Positions 58,201-64,000 of a DNA stretch of 64,000 bases are shown here, piece after piece. Origin of the DNA: Polyangia bacterium (lineage in GTDB: Bacteria > Myxococcota_A > Polyangia > Palsa-1104 > JAEUJZ01); contig JBGAUT010000014.1 of assembly GCA_044228505.1 (NCBI GenBank), forward strand, positions 14,725 through 78,724, written 5' to 3'. The position numbers and the translations under genes were made by a program. The notes below the pieces were generated by a model. It was not told the origin of the DNA and made no database searches. It saw only the letters and a program-made list of their open reading frames with translations. Position 1 is the stretch's first letter; each line of letters opens with the position of its first letter.

Positions 58201-58594
58201 AGCTGAGGTTGATTTCGCCGTTGACGGTAACGGTCTTGCCGAGGCTCAGCCGGATACCGGGGCGTTCGACGCGTGGCTTGTCATCCGCACCGAAGAAGAA
58301 GCTGACCTTATAGTCATCACCCGATGGAAGCTGGGTGATGATATAGCGGCCGTTGTTGTCGGTGATCTCAGCCTGCTCGCCTTGCAGAGCCGGGCTCTGC
58401 ACGACCACCGTGACACCCGCCAGCGGCTTGCCATTCTCGTCTTTGACGGTGCCCTGAATCTGGGCCAGCGTCTGCTGGGCGAGCGCCACTTGCGGTGCAA
58501 GGTACGCACCCGGAACCACCAGCAACCAGGGCAGCAGCTTGGCCCGCAACACTACGGCGGCCTTACCCTGGTGTTTCGAATTCTTTCGTCGCAT
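55241..58594 (-). CDS. Oar-like TonB-dependent receptor with an N-terminal carboxypeptidase-regulatory-like domain
   Basis: 1117 aa with a signal peptide. N-terminal GTVKDENGKPLAGVTVVV domain, a plug region, and C-terminal beta-barrel ending in RLTF. Confidence 0.8.
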   Translation of the reverse strand: MRRKNSKHQGKAAVVLRAKLLPWLLVVPGAYLAPQVALAQQTLAQIQGTVKDENGKPLAGVTVVVQSPALQGEQAEITDNNGRYIITQLPSGDDYKVSFFFGADDKPRVERPGIRLSLGKTVTVNGEINLSSTKREVKVIRESAPVVDTASTSTGVEVNQEVMRATPVRGRTFESVLTLAPGTADVAGKTGAAGGDVGVQISGSTGSENNYIIDGLNTSDPNKGLIGTELSQYFIQEINVITGGYQAEFGRATGGVVNIATKTGSNEFKGSVFGSFQPFQLEPRGVARLGEALITRSRNNLLYDFGFEIGGPIVKDRIWFYIGFAPTFKEVLYQRRARSLSFDASTGKAAIDPDFQCPSYLANSALCDGPRTLALRTDEISYAQEAGAVERLYNGIAKIQFNLSQDHNIQLTYIASPKITDDYGAIRAVDLGTQRFNQKDQVHDAIFHYIGKLFDRKLQLDVLYGYHYQASTVNPEQPNLPSIAWAAAQTDPFTLSDFEDVGGCRRQMKMDAMGRSTLFNPCPLTGYTRGYGQYGDSLLQRHQLIASATYFLHLTGEWNPLRGIHAIKAGFEFEYLDSYNNRTYTGADLDPNDPSSGHRAYSQQPDGTIQITREYARQNLETKEIEHLNNFEGRSYTQNFSAYLRDSWSIGWAPGLVLNAGVRWEGQELYGADGHRYIDIKDNWAPRIGLVYDFTQLTSRPGRSKVFFNYGRFYQSIPLNINDRQLTAEGMYSSGFVPGANCDRVTLQPGGRAVPVPSAGCQFLAAEGGVVNGGRAPLISPVVQGQYINEITLGVNYDIGLDIVVGVSYIHRDLGNIVEDMSPDGGTTYLLANPGVPSDPNVVKQLQDEVDRLKPAGTAANAKVADQLAYQDAVALLGAYKLVGSVFPKARRNYDALVLTLNKRLSNRFSVISSYTYSRTLGNYPGTFSSSNGQSDPNISSQFDLIDLLANRNGPLPTDRPHNFKATAFYDQPLFGDKGKLTIGITFTATSGRPVEVLGRHPYYGRREVYLLPRGSGGRTPTVTQFDLHVGYDHKLTQTVGMNLFVDVVNLFNQREVTNVDDEFTATTVSPIVNGQITDLKHLKANNGTLPTFNSNYGQPTGYQLPLFMRFGWRLTF

Positions 58595-58618
58595 CGTTCA
58601 AACTCCTGGCGAGTCGTA

Positions 58619-59926
58619 CTAGCAGTTGTTGGGATCAGCGACCGCGCTCGACGGCACACCGGCGTAATCCATCGGAGTCGCACCCTTGAGCAGCTTGGCG
58701 CGAATCACGATGTCTTTGCCCATCGTGTGAATGCCCTTACCGATGGGGTGTCCCTTCAATTGGCTCAGGTCATAAATCGCAGCGCCCTTGAGAGTCACGG
58801 TGACAACGACTTCATCGGTCATCGGGTTCGTCAAAGTCGCCCACGCACCACCGCTGGCTGGCGCAACATAGATTGAGCGAAGCGATCCACAATCATCAGC
58901 CACATTCGGGCTGACAATCACGGCCACAGCCTTGGGAGCACCACCGTTTACCGAGACTTGCGCGGTGGCCGAGGTGCCGTTCAGGCGGCTGTAGTCCACT
59001 GCAGCGTTGACGGTGATCTCGATCGCACCATCGATGGCGACCAAGTCATTCGCCACTGTGTACGGGTCGGCTGAAGAACCAGTGCCACTCGCCCCTGCAC
59101 GAACTTCGCTCCCGCTCTCACCGTCACCATTGCCCACACTGTTGATCTGGAATGGCTCGGTACGGAACGACAGCAGCGAGGTCGCCCGATCGTCGATCAG
59201 GATCTTCTGCTGATCGCGACCCGCCAGACCCTTCGAAAGCATCACGGAATAGCTGGAGTCTGGCTCCAGCGCAGCAAGTGGGTCCACCGTCTTGGACGTC
59301 AACCCAATCTTGTCGCACTTAAACTTGTTGGCAGCGCTGGTGCAGCTCGTCAGGACTTCCATCTGTAGGCCAGGTCCGTAGGGGAACTGCGATGGGTCCG
59401 GGCTCAAGTCCGAGCCAGTGAGCTGGAGGCTGTTATAGGTAAGCGGAATTCCCACCGCACCGTTGTCCGTGGAGCAGTTGGTGCAAGCCAGGCTAATCAC
59501 CTTCTGATCCACCAACTTCAGATCGGTCGGCACACCCGACTCAGGAACCAGCTCAAGCTCCGTACTGTTCACCCCACGGCTTGGCGCATCGAGGTCAAGC
59601 AGCGGCGGCTTGTTGAACACCACACGCAGCCGACGCAGCGAGTCCGGGTTGGGCGGGCTCTTCTTGACACCATAGGTGTCCATGAAGGGGTCGTTCGTGC
59701 ACTGCTTCAGGTCTTTGTACTGCGCCAGGGTGCAGTCCGACGGCACGCTTGTGTCGGTGAACACCAAGTGGCCGGTATTGATGCCGAAGTCAATCAGGGT
59801 TAGCCGCAGAACTTTGAGCGGACCAGTTGGCTCGCCATCCTGGCCCGTGAGGTTGTCATTACAAGCCCCCAGCAGCATCAGGCTCGCGGCGGCACCAAGA
59901 AACAGTGACTTTCTATGCTTCTTCAT
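58619..59926 (-). CDS. lipoprotein of unknown function, upstream of the Oar-like receptor
   Basis: Lipobox LLGACN. Sits 25 bp from the receptor gene on the same strand. Confidence 0.55.
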   Translation of the reverse strand: MKKHRKSLFLGAAASLMLLGACNDNLTGQDGEPTGPLKVLRLTLIDFGINTGHLVFTDTSVPSDCTLAQYKDLKQCTNDPFMDTYGVKKSPPNPDSLRRLRVVFNKPPLLDLDAPSRGVNSTELELVPESGVPTDLKLVDQKVISLACTNCSTDNGAVGIPLTYNSLQLTGSDLSPDPSQFPYGPGLQMEVLTSCTSAANKFKCDKIGLTSKTVDPLAALEPDSSYSVMLSKGLAGRDQQKILIDDRATSLLSFRTEPFQINSVGNGDGESGSEVRAGASGTGSSADPYTVANDLVAIDGAIEITVNAAVDYSRLNGTSATAQVSVNGGAPKAVAVIVSPNVADDCGSLRSIYVAPASGGAWATLTNPMTDEVVVTVTLKGAAIYDLSQLKGHPIGKGIHTMGKDIVIRAKLLKGATPMDYAGVPSSAVADPNNC

Positions 59927-60274
59927 CGGCTCGAAGCTCCTTCACAACGACCACACCGGGATGGTAGGCCCCGGCACCAAAACCAGAAAAACCGCAGCGA
60001 CAGTGCCCCATCTCCGTACGCACCCCAGCCGCTCCGTCGAGAAGCTCGCGGCATAGGAACTGGTTGCTTTGGTAGCGCAGGGACGGAAGCGACATTTCGC
60101 ACAACAGTGTACTAATGAGGCATTCCACAAGGACTGAGGAATAAAGTCAACGTGAAACCCGTTCTTTGGGCCAAACCCTGCTCAATGTCTGCATTCCCCC
60201 CTACCGCCCAACGTCCCATCGAGCCCCGAGACTCCCGCCAGCCCCACCGAGGTAAGTCGATTCTACGAGGCTAC

Positions 60275-61378
60275 TTAAGGGAAATAGCCGTCCACGAGGA
60301 GCTGCTCGGCGGTCAAGATCGCACCTTGGGCAGCCCCCATCTTGGTGTTGTGCGATAGCAGCACGTATTTAACACCGTGCTCCCCAAGCGCTCGTTCTTC
60401 ACGGAGGCGCCCCACCACGGTCGTAAGCCCGCTGCCCAGATCGCGATCAAGACGAGGCTGCGGTCGATACGGATCGTCGGTCACCGAGATGAGCTGCGGC
60501 GGCACAGAGGGCAGCCTCAGTGCTGCGAGCTCTCGCCCGAACCCCTGAAGCGCGGCCTTCACCTCGGGCAGCGATGCCGCTCGCTCGGTTTCGCAGAACA
60601 CCGCTTCGGTGTGCCCGTCCAGAACCGCCACCCGGGTGCATGTACAGCTTACAGCGATCGGCAGCGAAACAATCGCGTGCTCAGAGACGGAGCCGCCTGC
60701 ACACAGGCCCAGGATTTTCCGGGTCTCTCGCTCGACCTTCTCTTCTTCGCCGGGAATAAACGGAATGACGTTATCGATGACATCGAGAGCGGCCACTCCC
60801 GGCGAGCGCCCTGCCCCAGATACCGATTGCAGCGAGGTCATCACCACCTTACGCAGCCCAAAGTGCCGCAGGATCGGTGCCAGCGTAATCGCCAGCCCCA
60901 CGGTGGTGCAGTTGGGTCCAGGCGCAATAAAGCCACGGAACCCACGCCGCTGCTGCTGGGTACGGAGTAGCTGCGCATGCTCGCGGTTGACCCCGGGCAG
61001 CAAGATCGGGACATCCGGCTCGTAACGAAAGGCACTCGCAGTCGAAAAAACCGGGACCGCTGCGGCCATGCGCGGCTCTAGCTCTTTGGCGACATCGCTT
61101 TCGACGGCAGAAAAAACGACATCGATTCCCTCAGTGGTTGCGTCTTTGGCAGCCACCACCGGTAGAGCCAACAGGTCCGGTGGCGGCTGTCCCCCGGCAT
61201 ACCAGCGCAGGCTGCCCCGCTCATCCCGCAGCGCCTCGCCATACGAGCGGCCCGCCGAGCGCTCCGAGGCGCACAGTCGCGACACCGTGAACCACGGATG
61301 ATCAGTCAGCGCGGCGACGAACTGTTGGCCAGCAACTCCCGTCGCACCCAAGACCATAGCGCGTAGCTTTGGATTCAT
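60275..61378 (-). CDS. asd: aspartate-semialdehyde dehydrogenase
   Basis: NAD-binding VLGATGVAGQ and active-site GPNCTTV. The ORF extends 5 codons further, to 61393. Confidence 0.7.
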   Translation of the reverse strand: MNPKLRAMVLGATGVAGQQFVAALTDHPWFTVSRLCASERSAGRSYGEALRDERGSLRWYAGGQPPPDLLALPVVAAKDATTEGIDVVFSAVESDVAKELEPRMAAAVPVFSTASAFRYEPDVPILLPGVNREHAQLLRTQQQRRGFRGFIAPGPNCTTVGLAITLAPILRHFGLRKVVMTSLQSVSGAGRSPGVAALDVIDNVIPFIPGEEEKVERETRKILGLCAGGSVSEHAIVSLPIAVSCTCTRVAVLDGHTEAVFCETERAASLPEVKAALQGFGRELAALRLPSVPPQLISVTDDPYRPQPRLDRDLGSGLTTVVGRLREERALGEHGVKYVLLSHNTKMGAAQGAILTAEQLLVDGYFP

Positions 61379-61425
61379 TGCGGCAGCGAGCATAATCGGA
61401 CTTGCTCAAAAGGGGAAAGTCGATC

Positions 61426-62649
61426 ATGTGTGACACACTCGTCGTCGTACAGCCGCACTGCGTGCTGTTTGCCAAAAACTCGGATCGCTCTCCGCAAGAA
61501 CCGCAGATCATCGAGTGGCAACCAGCGTCCGAACACAAGCCGGGCAGCTTTGTGAAGTGTAGCCACTTGAGGATCCCGCAGGCTCGTCGCACCCATGCGG
61601 TGATGCTGTCGCGGCCCTCGTGGATGTGGGGAGCCGAGATCGCCACCAACGAGCACGGCGTCACGATTGGCAATGAAGCGGTGTTCACCCGCTATGGAGT
61701 GCCACGGCTTGGACTGACTGGCATGGATCTGCTGCGGCTGGCGGTGGAACGGGCCGACTCAGCCTCATCAGCGGTCGAGGTCATCCTCGATCTGTGTGCG
61801 CAGTTTGGTCAAGGTGGTGACTGCGACCATCTCAGCAGCTCGTTTCGCTACTTCAGCAGCTTCATCATCGCTGACCGCCGCCGGGCCTTCGTGCTCGAAA
61901 CCGCCGGGCCACACCACGCCATCGAGGAAGTCCTATCGACACGCAGCATCTCGAACGGGCTGACCATCCCCGGCTTTGCCGAGCCCCACAGTGATGTCCT
62001 CCGGACCTGGGCGTCCCGCTGTCGCATCCGCCAGCCACGCACCCAAGGCCGCGCCCGTAGCGCCCGAGGACTCTCAGACATGATCGAAGTACTCCGAGAC
62101 CACGGCACCGATCATGAGAAGCAGGGTCGCATTTCTACCAACTTACTGCTTGGTGGGATGTCGGGCCCATGTATGCATGGAGCGGGTCTGGCGGTGAACG
62201 TCCAGACCACCAGTTCATGGGTGTCGCGGCTCTCTCCGCAAGGCGATAGTCACTACCTAACCGCCACTTCTGCCCCATGTATGTCCTTGTTCAAACCCGC
62301 ACAGGTACAAGCGCCCATTCCGAGCGAGTATCTTGGGACCCCAACAGTCGGTCGCGCCGATGATCATTCTCTGTTCTGGCTCCAGGAACGACTCCACTGC
62401 CTGGTCATGCGAGATCCCGAGCGACTCCTTCCGTTGTTTGAAACCGAACGCAATCAAGTGGAGCAGCGCTGGCTCAACAATCCCCTGCCTTCAGCCGATG
62501 CCTTCGCGGTACATCGAGAGCTGATTCACAAGTGGACCCAACTGGTGACACGGTCCCTGGAAAGCGATCCCATTGGCAAACGGCGGCGTCAACCGTGGGT
62601 GGAGCAGTACTGGAGCCGTCAAAACCAGCGCGTGGGCACTCTCCGGTAA
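61426..62649 (+). CDS. Ntn-hydrolase, peptidase C69 / secernin-like
   Basis: Begins MCDTLVV, placing a Cys nucleophile directly after the initiator Met. AAGGGGAAAG RBS before the ATG at 61426. Confidence 0.55.
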   Translation: MCDTLVVVQPHCVLFAKNSDRSPQEPQIIEWQPASEHKPGSFVKCSHLRIPQARRTHAVMLSRPSWMWGAEIATNEHGVTIGNEAVFTRYGVPRLGLTGMDLLRLAVERADSASSAVEVILDLCAQFGQGGDCDHLSSSFRYFSSFIIADRRRAFVLETAGPHHAIEEVLSTRSISNGLTIPGFAEPHSDVLRTWASRCRIRQPRTQGRARSARGLSDMIEVLRDHGTDHEKQGRISTNLLLGGMSGPCMHGAGLAVNVQTTSSWVSRLSPQGDSHYLTATSAPCMSLFKPAQVQAPIPSEYLGTPTVGRADDHSLFWLQERLHCLVMRDPERLLPLFETERNQVEQRWLNNPLPSADAFAVHRELIHKWTQLVTRSLESDPIGKRRRQPWVEQYWSRQNQRVGTLR

Positions 62650-62835
62650 GGACCGGTGATCGAAACCGGAAGCCGAGTCCTTGACAAGCCACCGCCGTGA
62701 TTCTCGACCACAGTGCCATGGCCATCGACACCCGCCGCTACACCAATCAGACACGCTGACTTGGCTTCGCAACCCGATCGGCCTGGGTCACAAACACTCC
62801 GACCAGCGTTCCGGAATCTACCGACTTGGGTCTTC

Positions 62836-63003
62836 CAAGCAGCCCGTGACGTCTCAGTCTCTGCGCGCAGCGGTCCAATCGCCTTCCGCTCAGTGCCACC
62901 AAGCAGCGCGTTGGATCTGTAACCCAGCCGGTTGGGGTTCTATACCCAGCGCGTTGCCTTCCGTACCCAGCTCGTTACGTTCCGTACCCAGCTCGTTAGG
63001 CCG
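62836..63003. repeat. degenerate tandem array of 21-bp units (consensus about TACCCAGCNCGTTNNNTTCCG) in a convergent intergenic region
   Basis: Five to six head-to-tail units visible. No ORF support. Confidence 0.45.
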
Positions 63004-63032
63004 GTGACGCTGTGCCCGACGATCACCAGAGG

Positions 63033-63854
63033 TTAGGGGGTACCTTCGTAGGCATCGCAGTCCAGTCCGCACTGATCGGCAAGCGCACGCCAGTCGAAAC
63101 GAAGATCCTCCGCGATTCGAAAGTACTTGCGAGCCGCATCATCGCTCTGCAAAACCCCATCGCCGAGTGCGTACATCACCCCGAGTGTGGCCGCGGCACG
63201 ACCACTGCCAGCGGAAGCAGCCCGATCGTACCAAGACACGGCCAGGGCCGAATCCTGTTCGACCCCATCGCCGGTCGCATAGAAGCCACCGAGGTTGGCC
63301 ATCGCCCGCGAGCTACCTGCTTCTGCCGCACGCTGACACCACGAAACCGCTGCTGCTTTGTCCACAGAAACGCCGACGCCTTTGACGTAGAAGACGTACA
63401 GCTCAAACATCGCGTCCGCTTCTCCGGCTTCAGCGGCCATGCGGTGATAGCGCAAGCTCTCCATCACGTCCTTTTCGCAACCAAACCCGGCGTACGTAAA
63501 GAGCCCGAGTAAATACAGTGCTCTCGGGATGGACTCCGCTCGCTTGGCCCATTCGAAGGCTTCGGTGGCTCGCTCGCTCATACGGGAAAAGTAGATACGA
63601 TTGGCCAAATCGACCCCAGCTTGCAGATGACCGAGCTGCGCGGCTCGTTCCAATGCCGCGACGGTCAGGTTCCGCATCCGCTCGATCTGCTCGAGTGCGA
63701 CCGGAGCAAGCCCGATCATCTCATCGACCCCCCGAAATTCCAGCGCCAGCGCGGCACGGCCACTTGCGTCATAGAGCGCATGGGCATCCCCGTGAGCCAA
63801 GACCGACTCCAGCTCCGCAATCTTCGATTCGGTATCTACCTGCCGTCCGTCCAT
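63033..63854 (-). CDS. Sel1-repeat (TPR-like) protein
   Basis: Repeated AAEAG...A...LG..Y..G.GV..D motifs. Confidence 0.7.
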   Translation of the reverse strand: MDGRQVDTESKIAELESVLAHGDAHALYDASGRAALALEFRGVDEMIGLAPVALEQIERMRNLTVAALERAAQLGHLQAGVDLANRIYFSRMSERATEAFEWAKRAESIPRALYLLGLFTYAGFGCEKDVMESLRYHRMAAEAGEADAMFELYVFYVKGVGVSVDKAAAVSWCQRAAEAGSSRAMANLGGFYATGDGVEQDSALAVSWYDRAASAGSGRAAATLGVMYALGDGVLQSDDAARKYFRIAEDLRFDWRALADQCGLDCDAYEGTP

Positions 63855-64000
63855 CGATAGGCGCTCCTGGGTGGGCGTGAAAAAAAGTCCGACTCCACAG
63901 TCGAGCAGGATGAAGTCGGCGTCAAGCGAATGAAGCGGTCGTTGGTCGGTAAAAAGGCAGCTACATGCAAACGTGGGTGGTCATGTTGCAGGTCGGCTTG

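Noticed and set aside
62681-63007. ORF encoding repeated VPSSL peptides
   Set aside because: It is an artefact of translating the 21-bp tandem DNA repeat.
1-64000. CRISPR arrays and rRNA or tRNA genes
   Set aside because: No regularly spaced direct repeats with unique spacers were seen, and no rRNA- or tRNA-like conserved stretches were recognised. This is a by-eye inspection only, and a dedicated tRNA or CRISPR scan would be decisive.

Overview
This is a GC-rich (about 60% by eye) bacterial chromosomal window, densely coding on both strands. No rRNA, tRNA or CRISPR array was recognised. The gene content is many lipoproteins, two TonB-dependent receptors including an Oar-like one, a Ser/Thr kinase, vWA lipoproteins, multihaem cytochromes and a major-vault-protein homologue. 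This points to a myxobacterium-like Gram-negative organism, but that placement is a low-confidence inference.

The main observations are:

- **Split bacterial MVP homologue.** A homologue of the eukaryotic major vault protein is encoded as two fragments about 13 kb apart, at 16420-18093 and 31233-32702. They are separated by a roughly 13.4-kb integrase-bearing island bounded by a 13-bp direct repeat, AAGAGCGGCATCT. The repeat lies in the same codon phase at both junctions, so recombination between the copies would restore one in-frame MVP gene.
- **Island cargo.** The island carries a Ser/Thr kinase gene that is itself interrupted by a 2.96-kb four-gene insertion flanked by 12-bp direct repeats. 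It also carries a Tat-lipoprotein next to a PGRP/amidase_2-domain protein, an amidohydrolase, helical-repeat proteins, a thioesterase and a tyrosine recombinase.
- **Minus-strand copper-monooxygenase operon at 1391-6586.** A TonB-dependent receptor, a lipoprotein with a single c-type haem domain, a PHM/DBH-like copper monooxygenase lipoprotein, a small lipoprotein and a secreted S1 protease are co-directional and tightly spaced.
- **Multihaem cytochrome cluster at 33609-41080.** A 10-haem lipoprotein, a roughly 12-haem lipoprotein, a beta-barrel protein and a 13-haem cytochrome are encoded with overlapping stop/start codons. A monohaem cytochrome c, a NapC/NrfH-like membrane tetrahaem protein and a class III nucleotide cyclase follow. 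Several haem motifs are of the CX4CH type.
- **Smaller features.** These include tandem paralogous vWA lipoproteins, a DUF1287 pair with a peptidoglycan amidase, a frameshifted BNR-repeat gene, a membrane spermidine-synthase-like gene beside a large membrane protein with a kinase-like C-terminus, a lipid-metabolism trio, and a 21-bp tandem repeat array near the window end.
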